This document shows positions 23,433-37,100 of a stretch of DNA of 64,000 nt, in pieces; position 1 is the stretch's first letter, and every line of letters starts with the position of its first letter. The stretch covers positions 92,442,001-92,506,000 of the forward strand of contig OZ024747.1 in the NCBI GenBank assembly GCA_964016885.1. The letters are read 5' to 3'. This DNA comes from Eledone cirrhosa. Taxonomy: Eukaryota. A program made the position numbers and the translations under genes. The notes under the pieces were generated by a model, which saw only the letters and a program-made list of their open reading frames with translations, was not told the origin of the DNA and searched no databases.

Positions 23433-24798
23433 ATATCTATTTTTTATTGTTGGTGTCAAAGTATAAAAAACGTGTAATCAACAACAATCAGATTTACATT
23501 CTGAAAATGTCCATGAACCCAAAGATAAAGAGAAAGAGACAAATGGGGAACACCACGAAAGGTCCTTCTTGGTTATCAGTGATGTGGTTTATTGCTAACC
23601 TCATAAATGTAGCTGCAAGTACCCGCTTTCTGTTTGCTGGTTTTGTTTTCTATTAAAAATATAAACGGAAAATTGTATTACTATTTTTTGTGAGGGTGAG
23701 ATTAAGTTAGATCTGGAGGATCGAGCTGTACCCATGACCTTTGGAGGCCCTTCGGGGCCGATTAGATTAATTTTCAGTTTAAATTGCTATATAATGTTGT
23801 ATATAGTTTCATATAACCCAAAACTGCTTCAGTGTGCGTGGGTGTCTGTGAAACATGCTGCAGGTCAATTTCTGGAACGATATGTGCAAGGAGAAAATTT
23901 CAGAGGAAAGACGTTTCGGAGAGGAAGGACTGGACATAGTGATTTGTGTGGAAACTAGGAGATTATATAAGATATATGTGATGAGCAGAGGAGAAACGAG
24001 TCAAACTGAAGTGCCCAAGCGGAGATGGAACGAAGTCAGCGAGACCCAAGGAGCAGATACCATTGTAGTAGCGGAAGAAAAGGCAGAAAGAGGAGACAGA
24101 ACGTCTGTGGGACAGAAGCTAGAGTGTGTCTGTCGGTGTATTTGCCATTCAAACGAGTGGCCTTTTACTAGATGTGATCTAGGATATTTGTGTACGTGTG
24201 TGTTGCAGAAGCAACGTCCCAGAAGTATGAACACAACTCCGTTGTGGATCTTACCAGAGCTTTATATACTGGGTAAAGTTTATTGGGGAAATCCGTGGAC
24301 ATCACAACTTCCAGGGTCTCATGCAACAATGCTTCTGGAAATTTACCCCATTCATTCCATTAAGCTATTACATCACTCAGTGTTTATTCACAAAAATCCG
24401 ATATCTTTTCTAGTCATTGTAAAATCTAACAGTACTGTTAGACTATGCTTCGCTTTTGAGATTTAATAAGGCTGAGATATGTTCGGAGTTATGTACTGCC
24501 AAATATCAGAACTGATTATTGAATTCTGTATTTAATCAATTTTAATTAATTTAAATTCTGAGGTTGTTTTCTCTTCTGATCTTGATCAGAACCAGTGACG
24601 AAGATATTGATATTTTCTCATCACTAAGGTCAGGCTTCTCCCTACTACTGGTCCCATGTAACCCAGTACAGCCTGTTTCATAGTCAGGTGGTCGGTGACT
24701 AAACCACCAGACCCTGGTCTGGAGAGGAGAGTAAGTTAAACCCCAGCAGCACAAAAATCAAGAACTGTTAAAAGGAAGGATGAGCTCCTCGGTGTCAA

Positions 24799-25033
24799 GG
24801 CCATCCACCCCAACTATGGGTTAAATAGCCTCACCAACCCGCAATTGACCAAGTATGGCCATCCACCCCAACTATGGGTTAAATAGCCTCACCAACCCGC
24901 AATTGACCAAGTATGGTGATCCACCCCAACTATGGGTTAAATAGCCTCACCAACCCGCAATTGACCAAGTATGGTTATCCACCCCAACTATGGGTTAAAT
25001 AGCCTCACCAACCCGCAATTGACCAAGTATGGT
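24799..25033. repeat. 58-bp tandem repeat, 4 copies
   Basis: atccaccccaactatgggttaaatagcctcaccaacccgcaattgaccaagtatgg starts at 24803, 24861, 24919 and 24977. Confidence 0.95.
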
Positions 25034-25911
25034 GAGTATGGTTACCACCCTGACATGACCAAAACCAAACAGAAAGCAGGTCAACAAGGGAGGGGTTCCT
25101 CCAGCAGGAGTGAGAAGGCCCTGAACTGGATAAGAGCAATTTTAATTAAATAATACTACTTCGCCCACATTGTCAAGTGTAGTAGCAGACACTGTGTGTA
25201 AACAACATGTATATCAGGTGCTGTTGTTGACCTCCATGTCAACCCTGATCGGAAGACATCTCGTGGTGAGTGTATGTATATGTGTATGTTTGTGTAAATG
25301 TATGTGTGTGTTCGTGTGAATGTATGTGTGTGTTTCTGTGAATGTATATCTGTGAGTGTGTATTTTTGTAAGTGTGTCTGTATTTTGTGCGTTTATATTT
25401 ATATACTCATACATATAAATGTATGCATATGCACATATACACACGCACACATATATACACATACACGTCAGCGTATGGAAAAAAGATTCTAGTAAATTTT
25501 AAAATGTAGAACTCTAAGAACTACGAAATTTCATTCAAACCATTAAATAGAGGATGACATAGACAACATAGGTTAAGATATAAATGAAAACGGGCTGGTC
25601 ATGTCTGGAACGCCTTTAATGCTTTTGAGACCAACCCACCTGAAACCGCCTTTGTATTTTGATCCAAACTTGTCCATGTTTTTATAATGTCCGTATTAAA
25701 GTAATGGTCCATGCATCAGCTTACTTATTCCTTCAATTTCTTGTAGATACTGCAAAAACAAGCCGTTAGTCTCTCTGTTTTCTCTTTAAAATTCAAAAGT
25801 CTAATTATATCGTTCAAGAGTATTCCAAATTAGACGTTACAATCAGAACCGACACCCGTGTATTCAGCGCCACAGGTGGGCCTTACCTACTGCGTAGCCC
25901 TTTCTTCCACT

Positions 25912-26350
25912 TACGGCTATTGGCTGCCTATAGCCAGGAGCCAATACGACGTCACATTCTCCAATCTATGGCTATTGGCTAACTAAAGACAGGAACCAAT
26001 ATGACGTCACATTCTCCCATCTATGGCTATTGGCTAACTAAAGACAGGAACCAATATGACGTCACATTCTCCCATCTATGGCTATTGGCTAACTAAAGAC
26101 AGGAACCAATATGACGTCACATTCTCCCATCTATGGCTATTGGCTAATTAAAGCCAGGGACCAATATGACGTCACATTCTCCAATCTATGGCTATTGGTT
26201 AACTAAAGACAGGAACCAATATGACGTCACATTCTCTCAGTTATAGCTATTGGTTAACTAAAGCCAGGAACCAATATGACGTCCCCTTCTCCCATCTATG
26301 GCTATTGGCTAATTATAGCCAGGAACCAATATGACGTCACATTCTCCCAA
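25912..26350. repeat. 55-bp tandem array, 8 copies, carrying ATTGG, CCAAT and TGACGTCA motifs
   Basis: Unit tatggctattggctaactaaagacaggaaccaatatgacgtcacattctcccatc at 55-bp period. Confidence 0.95.
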
Positions 26351-26919
26351 ATCTGACTATAGCCACCTTCTCCCATAGGTTGATAATAGCTAAGATCCAA
26401 TGTAACGTACCTTCTCCCAATTCTGACAATTTGACTGACTATAATTAGGAGACACACTTTAGTTTGTTAGGATTCACTTAATTTGTCTAGTAATACATTA
26501 CCTCGCTTTACTACGATAACAACTCCCACATTTTTAACCGTATAATGATAATTCTCCATGGAACAGCCCTATGGTCTTTTCCAATTACAAAGTTCTTATA
26601 CTGTTAAAAATCTGAGACTCTCTAACAAGATGAAGGACAAAGTCGACCCGGTAGAATTTGAACTTAGAATGTAAAGGGATGTAACTAAATACCACTATAC
26701 TTTATGTCCGACCTCCTATCAATACTGCTATCCACTTTCCTCAAATTATTATTATCATCTATAAGACTGTTCAATTTGTCATAACATGCGTTCGACTGTT
26801 CCGCATTCAACAACCTTAACTATCGAATGAAATCGAAGATATCAAAATCTTTAAGATAACAGAATACATTCGTTTCAAACTAACTGAATTCATTTTCTTT
26901 TGTATACACATATATACAC

Positions 26920-27890
26920 CAGGTCCGAACACAAAGGAACCAAACTCCCATTGTCACTGCCTCCATCTCTCCCGCTCGCCCCATCTCTCACGTGTGAGCA
27001 AATGTTGGCCTACACACTGGCTGCCCCGCGGCCCCGGTGGACAGAATAGAGAAGGCATTTTCCCGGAGGATCGTGAGGACGATGCGCTGGAAGAGCCATT
27101 CCAGCTCGTGAGGCTCACACCTGCGGGTAGCCAACTCTGTGCCGATGGTGGTGAGCAGGGAGGTGGCCCTAGGGCCAAGGACACCAGAGGTCTCCAACTC
27201 TGTACCGATGGTGGTGAGCAGGGAGGTGGCCCTAGGGCCAAGGACACCAGAGGTCTCCAACTCCGTGCCGATGGTGGTGAGCAGGGAGGTGGCCCTAGGG
27301 CCAAGGACACCAGAGGTCTCCAACTCTGTGCCGATGGTGGTGAGCAGGGAGGTGGCCCTAGAGCCAAGGACACCAGAGGTCTCCAACTCCGTGCCGATGG
27401 TGGTGAGCAGGGAGGTGGCCCTAGGGCCAAGGACACCAGAGGTCTCCAACTCCGTGCCGATGGTGGTGAGCAGGGAGGTGGCCCTAGGGCCAAGGACACC
27501 AGAGGTCTCCAACTCTGTGCCGATGGTGGTGAGCAGGGAGGTGGCCCTAGGGCCAAGGACACCAGAGGTCTCTAACTCCGTGCCGATGATGGTGAGCAGG
27601 GGAGTGGCCCTAGAGCCAAGGACACCAGAGGTCTCCAACTCTGTGCCGATGGTGGTGAGCAGGGAGGTGGCCCTAGGGCCAAGGACACCAGAGGTCTCTA
27701 ACTCCGTGCCGATGATGGTGAGCAGGGGAGTGGCCCTAGAGCCAAGGACACCAGAGGTCTCCAACTCTGTGCCGATGGTGGTGAGCAGGGAGGTGGCCCT
27801 AGGGCCAAGGACACCAGAGGTCTCCAACTCTGTGCCGATGGTGGTGAGCAGGGAGGTGGCCCTAGGGCCAAGGACACCAGAAGTCTTCAC
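26920..27890 (-). mobile_element. CRE-clade retrotransposon 3' end with a 63-bp segment amplified 12 times
   Basis: (ETSGVLGPRATSLLTTIGTEL)x12 then ATRRCEPHELEWLFQRIVLTILRENAFSILS, then the family 3' UTR ending gttcggacc. Confidence 0.85.
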
Positions 27891-28067
27891 TGTCACAGGA
27901 TGAAAGAAAATCGATACCATCATAACCGAAATATTTAACATAATATAACAATGTTATAAAGATCAATAAATTTAAGCTTCAAAATATGAATGAGAACATT
28001 TATATAATGCGGAAATATGATAGGACCTGCTAATACTGATATAAAAAAAATAATTGGAAAGTATGTA

Positions 28068-28522
28068 GAGGGGCGGTGGAACTGGGTGGACCCCCTCCCA
28101 TAATTATATTTTTCGCCTCAAATTACCAAAACGAACATCTATTTGCATATGCGCTACAATTTATGTACATGTTATGTTTATCGCATATCAAAGTTTCTAT
28201 ATCTTGGTTGATATTTGATAATGTCAATATAATATCTTATGTCAACCTTCATAGTAATTTTTTATTTTTTTCTTGCTCATGTCATAACTTTTTCTCACCA
28301 TATCACTATTTGCCAATTGCTAGTATATGTATTCAGAGATAGATTTCATGGGTTATTTTACTATAATCTCTCTATTGGAAGCTGTAAATGTAATATGGCC
28401 TGCTGTAACTCAAATTGCATTTTCTGACCATTTTAGAGTGCAAAGAGCTAAACTAATCACGACAACTAAGTTGACCAAATTTGCTCCCCCGCCCCAATCC
28501 AGAAATGCTTCCACCGCCCCTG
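28068..28522. mobile_element. hAT-type MITE
   Basis: TIRs aggggcggtggaa / ttccaccgcccct. Confidence 0.7.
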
Positions 28523-29521
28523 TATAATGCGGAAATACGAAAGATCCTGCTGCTAATATTGATATAAAAAAATATATTGGAAGTCATATATGAATGTATG
28601 TGTTTATTTGTGTTTGAATGTGTTTATGTGAGTGTAAATAAAAATAATTTACCTTGATTGAAGAACCTCTACGAAAAACCGGACCCTGTTTTTTTACCGT
28701 CTCTCCGGTAATGCCAACGTTACAGCTGAAGTTGACGTTGTGCGAAACTTACAACCATATGAAGAAACAGGTGGGAGAGAATGAGTTAGGCTGAAAGAGA
28801 GAAAAATAAGATAATAATAAAAAAGAGAACGAGAGAAAGATAGTTAAAGAGTGTGATAAAAAATAAACTAACAAAAGAAAACAAAATAAGAGTGAGGAGG
28901 AAATAATTGAGAATGAGATAATAAGAGTGAGGAAAGAATGAAAAAGTAAAGGAAGCGAATTAGATGATAGAGAAGGGGAGAGAGAGGGAGGGAGGGAGAG
29001 AGAAAGAGGGGGATAGAAAGAGAGAGAGGGGGAGGGAGATAAAGAAAGGGTAGAGACGATGAGGTGAGAAGTTGAATGAGAAGAGATACAGGGGTGGTGT
29101 AAGAGTAAAAAGCGGATTCTGTAGTGAAAGAGTGGGAGCAGAGTTTGACACTGTTTACATATATTTAGTAACTTAAAAATACAGGTATATAGGTTTCACT
29201 TTCATTATTCCACTCCTCCACACCCTCCACACACCCACCGCCTTTCTTCTCACCCTAATTTCTTCATCCTTTTCCATGCCTTCTTATTCCCTCATATTAA
29301 TTACAGTTTGTGACATTGATATTGCAGCATTTCTCTCATACCACCCTCCACTTCCTACCTGCAGAAGACGCCCGAAATCTTCCATAACCTGATACCCTAC
29401 CATAAACTTTCCATCATTCGCAGTGCACTCTTTCTCCACTATTTTCCTCTCTATATCTACCTTTCTATGTTATCTTTGTGTATGTATAGATATACTTTAA
29501 TTGTGCGTTGAAGCTTTTACA

Positions 29522-29566
<45 letters not shown>

Positions 29567-29819
29567 CACACACCGATTCCTTTCGTATGATTTTGAACGC
29601 CTGCTGTCGTCGTAATGTAATTTCTATCTCTGCTCATTCTATTTACCATTCTAAAATAGAGCTGAGTCGTGGGGTGCTATCATGGTTTCGTTTTGCCGTC
29701 ACCTGATCCCTTTCATACCACAATTGGTTACATGTTTATAGCTCTTATCAGCACCGACGTCTCTAACGGAGAACACATATCCCATATCTATCTATGCTGA
29801 GTGTGAAAAGATGCGGACG

Positions 29820-30300
29820 CAACATATCCGAATGGTGAAGAAGTTCGCTTCGAATTCGTTACTAGATTTTACGTTCGATCCCTCTCTGTGGCATCGGAGA
29901 CCAGTGTCATTTACCATTGTTTCGGTTCCACCCATACCTTGTGAGTAAACATTTGGTATGCAGAAACCTTTGGGAAGCCCGTCGGATGGACTTTATATGT
30001 AATTCAAAGATCTTGTTACACACTGTATCACACTGGATCTCCCTGAGAACTGCATATAAGTGGAATGCTCAGAGTGAAATTTTGTAGGCAGAAACTTTTC
30101 GGAAGCCCGTCGGATGGGCTTTATCTGTAATTCAAAGGTCTTGTAACACACTGTATCATACTGAATCTCCCTGAGAATTACGTTATAGGTACACATGTCT
30201 GTGGAATGCTCAGTCTCTTACACATTAATTTCACAAGCAAGCTGTTCCGTTGATCGAACAACTAGAACACTCGTCGTCGAAACAGACGGAGATCCATTTC
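29820..30300 (+). mobile_element. SINE family C with internal duplication; relatives at 57770-58095 (+) and 50850-51040 (-)
   Basis: Shared 'ggaatgctcag...ttaatttcac.agca.gctgttccgttgatcgaa...tcgtcgaaac'; 'ggaagcccgtcggatgg' occurs twice. Confidence 0.7.
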
Positions 30301-30804
30301 ATTGCCAGAGGAATAGTGTTACTTATTTTGTTATAATAATCACTAATTTCTACTTTGGAAAGGCATGAATATCACAACATTTTATTCACACTCAAAAATC
30401 TCATATCACATCACCCATGTAAAAACCTTTGTTAGCCAACATGGAAGCCTCAAATCACACCCTACTGTCTTAAAAACTTTACATATTTTAATCCGGGTTA
30501 TAATTTGTATGAAATTTTAGATTTTATGGTCATGGATGAAATGCCTTTGGTCGTAGATCAGCTTAATCAAGGCCTACTTGTGACTAATTAACAACAGCAA
30601 CTATCATTAGTTGCAATTATATATTTTGTTGGAATTATAAAGGAAAAGGATACAAAAATATAGAAAATCTAAAATGATGAACCGAAAATTTCAAAGAATT
30701 TATATTATGCTCACCAGAGAAATAAAGGGGACATGAGTTCTGTAAGATTGACGTTCGAAATTCTTCTTCCAACCACAGTAAAATGATTAGAATTAGAAGA
30801 AAGA

Positions 30805-30986
30805 TGAACCATTTGCGCACCTCCCTTACCATCCTCCGGAGAAACGCCTTCTCCATTCTGTCCGCCGGGGTTGTGTGGAGGCCAGCACGTGGGACCCCTA
30901 TTTGTATGGTGATACAGAGAGATGGGGAAGGCGAGAGAGATGGAGGCGATGACAGTGGGAGTTCGGCTCTTCCACGTTCGGACCAT
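30805..30986 (+). mobile_element. CRE-clade 3' fragment
   Basis: SLTILRRNAFSILS plus the family 3' UTR ending gttcggacc. Confidence 0.75.
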
Positions 30987-31190
30987 ATCCTTGTGGTTGT
31001 GTTTATCATCTATATATAAATACCTATGTAGGTCTTTCTTACTAGAGTTCTCTATAATTCGTTTATAGTGTTTTCATTACGTTATTAAATTTAAACAACA
31101 GAAACCATTGTTAACAATCTAGATAGCAGGAACAAGTAATGAAAGTTCAGCAGAACAAAGACAATGGACATATTTATAAAATAGAGATTA

Positions 31191-34100
31191 AGAAACACTG
31201 TCTCAACTATGGGTGAAGGGCTGAGGTTTATCTACTAAAATAGAAACACTGTCTCAACAATGGGTGAAGGGTTGAGGTTTATCTACTAAAATAGAAACAC
31301 TGTCTCAACAATGGGTGAAGGTTGAGGTTTATCTACTAAAATAGAAACACTGTCTCAACAATGGGTGAAGGGTTGAGGTTTATCTACTAAAATAGAAACA
31401 CTTCACAACTATGGCTGAAGGATGAGGTTTATCTACTAAAATAGAAACACTGTCTCAACAATGGGTGAAGGGTTGAGGCTTATCTACTAAAATAGAAACA
31501 ATGTCTCAACTATGGCTGAAGGGTTGAGGCTTATCTACTAAAATAGAAACACTGTCTCAACAATGGGTGAAGGGTTGAGGTTTATCTACTAAAATAGAAA
31601 CACTGTCTCAACAATGGGTGAAAGGCTGAGGTTTATCTACTAAAATAGAAACACTGTCTCAACAATGGGTGAAGGTTGAGGTTTATCTACTAAAATAGAA
31701 ACACTGTCTCAACAATGGGTGAAGGATGAGGCTTATCTACTAAAATAGAAACGCTGTCTCAACAATGGGTGAAGGGTTGAGGCTTATCTACTAAAATAGA
31801 AACACTGTCTCAACAATGGGTGAAGGTTGAGGTTTATCTACTAAAATAGAAACACTGTCTCAACAATGGGTGAAGGATGAGGTTTATCTACTAAAATAGA
31901 AACACTGTCTCAACTATGGCTGAAGGATGAGGTTTATCTACTAAAATAGAAACACTGTCTCAACTATGGCTGAAGGATGAGGTTTATCTACTAAAATAGA
32001 AACAATGTCTCAATTATGGCTGAAGGATGAGGTTTATCTACTAAAATAGAAACACTGTCTCAACTATGGCTGAAGGATGAGGTTTATCTACTAAAATAGG
32101 AACACTGTCTCAACAATGGGTGAAGGGTTGAGGTTTATCTACTAAAATAGAAACAATGTCTCAACTATGGCTGAAGGATGAGGTTTATCTACTAAAATAG
32201 GAACACTGTCTCAACAATGGGTGAAGGGTTGAGGTTTATCTACTAAAATAGAAACACTGTCTCAACTATTGGTGAAGGGTTGCGGTTTATCTACTAAAAT
32301 AGAAACACTGTCTCAACAATGGCTGAAGGGTTGAGGTTTATCTACTAAAATAGAAACACTGTATCAACAATGGGTGAAGGATGAGGTTTATCTACTAAAA
32401 TAGAAACACTGTCTCAACAATGGGTGAAGGATGGGGTTTATCTACTAAAATAGAAACACTGTCTCAACTATGGGTGAAGGTTGAGGTTTATCTACTAAAA
32501 TAGAAACACTGTCTCAACAATGTGTGAAGGGTTGAGGTTTATTTACTAAAATAGAAACACTGTCTCAACTATGGCTGAAGGGTTGAGGTTTATCTACTAA
32601 AATAGGAACACTGTCTCAACTATTGGTGAAGGGTTGCGGTTTATCTACTAAAATAGAAACACTATCTCAACTATGGCTGAAGGATGAGGTTTATCTACTA
32701 AAATAGAAACACTGTCTCAACTATTGGTGAAGGGTTGCGGTTTATCTACTAAAATAGAAACACTGTCTCAACTATGGCTGAAGGATGAGGTTTATCTACT
32801 AAAATAGAAACACTGTCTCAACTATGGCTGAAGGATGAGGTTTATCTACTAAAATAGAAACACTGTCTCAACAATGGGTGAAGGATGAGGTTTATCTACT
32901 AAAATAGAAACACTGTCTCAACTATGGCTGAAGGATGAGGTTTATCTACTAAAATAGAAACACTGTCTCAACTATGGCTGAAGGATGAGGTTTATCTACT
33001 AAAATAGAAACACTGTCTCAACTATGGCTGAAGGATGAGGTTTATCTACTAAAATAGGAACACTGTCTCAACTATTGGTGAAGGGTTGCGGTTTATCTAC
33101 TAAAATAGAAACACTATCTCAACTATGGGTGAAGGATGAGGTTTATCTACTAAAATAGAAACACTGTCTCAACTATGGCTGAAGGATGAGGTTTATCTAC
33201 TAAAATAGAAACACTGTCTCAACTATTGGTGAAGGGTTGCGGTTTATCTACTAAAATAGAAACACTGTCTCAACTATGGCTGAAGGATGAGGTTTATCTA
33301 CTAAAATAGAAACACTGTCTCAACTATGGCTGAAGGATGAGGTTTATCTACTAAAATAGAAACACTGTCTCAACTATGGCTGAAGGATGAGGTTTATCTA
33401 CTAAAATAGAAACACTGTCTCAACAATGGGTGAAGGATGAGGTTTATCTACTAAAATAGAAACACTGTCTCAACTATGGTGAAGGATGAGGTTTATCTAC
33501 TAAAATAGAAACACTGTCTCAACTATGGCTGAAGGATGAGGTTTATCTACTAAAATAGAAACACTGTCTCAACAATGGGTGAAGGATGAGGTTTATCTAC
33601 TAAAATAGAAACACTGTCTCAACTATGGCTGAAGGATGAGGTTTATCTACTAAAATAGAAACACTGTCTCAACTATTGGTGAAGGGTTGCGGTTTATCTA
33701 CTAAAATAGAAACACTGTCTCAACTATTGGTGAAGGGTTGCGGTTTATCTACTAAAATAGAAACACTGTCTCAACTATGGCTGAAGGATGAGGTTTATCT
33801 ACTAAAATAGAAACACTATCTCAACTATGGCTGAAGGATGAGGTTTATCTACTAATATAGAAACACTGTCTCAACTATGGCTGAAGGATGAGGTTTATCT
33901 ACTAAAATAGAAACACTGTCTCAACTATGGCTGAAGGATGAGGTTTATCTACTAAAATAGAAACACTGTCTCAACTATGGCTGAAGGATGAGGTTTATCT
34001 ACTAAAATAGAAACACTGTCTCAACTATGGCTGAAGGATGAGGTTTATCTACTAAAATAGAAACACTGTCTCAACTATTGGTGAAGGGTTGCGGTTTATC

Positions 34101-37100
34101 TACTAAAATAGAAACACTATCTCAACTATGGCTGAAGGATGAGGTTTATCTACTAAAATAGAAACACTGTCTCAACTATGGCTGAAGGATGAGGTTTATC
34201 TACTAAAATAGAAACACTGTCTCAACTATAGCTGAAGGATGAGGTTTATCTACTAAAATAGAAACACTGTCTCAACTATGGCTGAAGGATGAGGTTTATC
34301 TACTAAAATAGAAACACTGTCTCAACTATTGGTGAAGGGTTGCGGTTTATCTACTAAAATAGAAACACTATCTCAACTATGGCTGAAGGATGAGGTTTAT
34401 CTACTAAAATAGAAACACTGTCTCAACTATTGGTGAAGGGTTGCGGTTTATCTACTAAAATAGAAACACTGTCTCAACTATTGGTGAAGGGTTGAGGTTT
34501 ATCTACTAAAATAGAAACACTATCTCAACTATGGCTGAAGGATGAGGTTTATCTACTAAAATAGAAACACTGTCTCAACTATTGGTGAAGGGTTGCGGTT
34601 TATCTACTAAAATAGAAACACTGTCTCAACAATGGCTGAAGGATGAGGTTTATCTACTAAAATAGAAACACTGTCTCAACTAAGGCTGAAGGATGAGGTT
34701 TATCTACTAAAATAGAAACACTGTCTCAACAATGGGTGAAGGTTGAGGTTTATCTACTAAAATAGAAACACTGTCTCAACAATGGGTGAAGGGTTGAGGT
34801 TTATCTACTAAAATAGAAACACTGTCTCAACAATGGGTGAAGGGTTGAGACTTATCTACTAAAATAGAAACACTGTCTCAACAATGGGTGAAAGGCTGAG
34901 GTTTATCTACTAAAATAGAAACACTGTCTCAACAATGGCTGAAGGATGAGGTTTATCTACTAAAATAGAAACACTGTCTCAACTATGGCTGAAGGATGAG
35001 GTTTATCTACTAAAATAGAAACACTGTCTCAACTATGGCTGAAGAATGAGGTTTATCTACTAAAATAGAAACACTGTCTCAACTATGGCTGAAGGATGAG
35101 GTTTATCTACTAAAATAGAAACACTGCCTCAACTATGGCTGAAGGATGAGGTTTATCTACTAAAATAGAAACACTGTCTCAACTATGGGTGAAGGGTTGA
35201 GGTTTATCTACTAAAATAGGAACACTGTCTCAACAATGGGTGAAGGGTTGCGGTTTATCTACTAAAATAGGAACACTGTCTCAACTATTGGTGAAGGGTT
35301 GCGGTTTATCTACTAAAATAGAAACACTGTCTCAACTATGGCTGAAGGATGAGGTTTATCTACTAAAATAGAAACACTGTCTCAACAATGGCTGAAGGAT
35401 GAGGTTTATCTACTAAAATAGAAACACTGTCTCAACTATGGCTGAAGGATGAGGTTTATCTACTAAAATAGAAACACTGTCTCAACTATGGCTGAAGGAT
35501 GAGGTTTATCTACTAAAATAGAAACACTGTCTCAACTATGGCTGAAGGATGAGGTTTATCTACTAAAATAGAAACACTGTCTCAACTATGGCTGAAGGAT
35601 GAGGTTTATCTACTAAAATAGAAACACTGTCTCAACTATGGCTGAAGGATGAGGTTTATCTACTAAAATAGAAACACTGTCTCAACAATGGCTGAAGGAT
35701 GAGGTTTATCTACTAAAATAGAAACACTGTCTCAACTATGGCTGAAGGATTAGGTTTATCTACTAAAATAGAAACACTGTCTCAACTATGGCTGAAGGAT
35801 GAGGTTTATCTACTAAAATAGAAACACTGTCTCAACTATGGCTGAAGGATGAGGTTTATCTACTAAAATAGAAACACTGTCTCAACTAAGGCTGAAGGAT
35901 GAGGTTTATCTACTAAAATAGAAACACTGTCTCAACAATGGGTGAAGGTTGAGGTTTATCTACTAAAATAGAAACACTGTCTCAACAATGGGTGAAGGGT
36001 TGAGGTTTATCTACTAAAATAGAAACACTGTCTCAACAATGGGTGAAGGGTTGAGACTTATCTACTAAAATAGAAACACTGTCTCAACAATGGGTGAAAG
36101 GCTGAGGTTTATCTACTAAAATAGAAACACTGTCTCAACAATGGCTGAAGGATGAGGTTTATCTACTAAAATAGAAACACTGTCTCAACTATGGCTGAAG
36201 GATGAGGTTTATCTACTAAAATAGAAACACTGTCTCAACTATGGCTGAAGGATGAGGTTTATCTACTAAAATAGAAACACTGTCTCAACTAAGGCTGAAG
36301 GAAGAGGTTTATCTACTAAAATAGAAACACTGTCTCAACAATGGCTGAAGGATGAGGTTTATCTACTAAAATAGAAACACTGTCTCAACTATGGCTGAAG
36401 GATGAGGTTTATCTACTAAAATAGAAACACTGTCTCAACTATGGCTGAAGGATGAGGTTTATCTACTAAAATAGAAACACTGCCTCAACTATGGCTGAAG
36501 GATGAGGTTTATCTACTAAAATAGAAACACTGTCTCAACTATGGGTGAAGGGTTGAGGTTTATCTACTAAAATAGGAACACTGTCTCAACAATGGGTGAA
36601 GGGTTGCGGTTTATCTACTAAAATAGGAACACTGTCTCAACTATGGGTGAAGGGCTGAGGTTTATCTACTAAAATAGAAACACTGTCTCAACAATGGGTG
36701 AAGGGTTGAGGCTTATCTACTAAAATAGAAACACTGTCTCAACAATGGGTGAAGGGTTGAGGTTTATCTACTAAAATAGAAACACTGTCTCAACAATGGG
36801 TGAAGGGTTGAGGCTTATCTACTAAAATAGAAACACTGTCTCAACAATGGGTGAAGGGTTGCGGTTTATCTACTAAAATAGAAACACTGTCTCAACAATG
36901 GGTGAAGGGTTGCGGTTTATCTAATAAAATAGAAACACTGTCTCAACAATTGGTGAAGGATGAGGTTTATCTACTAAAATAGAAACACTTCACAACTATG
37001 GCTGAAGGATGAGGTTTATCTACTAAAATAGAAACAATGTCTCAACAATGGGTGAAGGGTTGAGATTTATCTACTAAAATAGAAACAATGTCTCAATTAT

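Noticed and set aside
23855-24466. 203-aa ORF
   Set aside because: Non-family composition, no recognisable motif or convincing splice sites; region may be LTR-derived.
25865-25881. CTCF site next to the CCAAT/CRE array
   Set aside because: cccacctgtggcgctg is one base short of the core consensus spacing; too weak alone.
26954-27941. Long repeat-protein ORFs as a host gene
   Set aside because: Explained by a stop-free 63-bp unit derived from a CRE retrotransposon.
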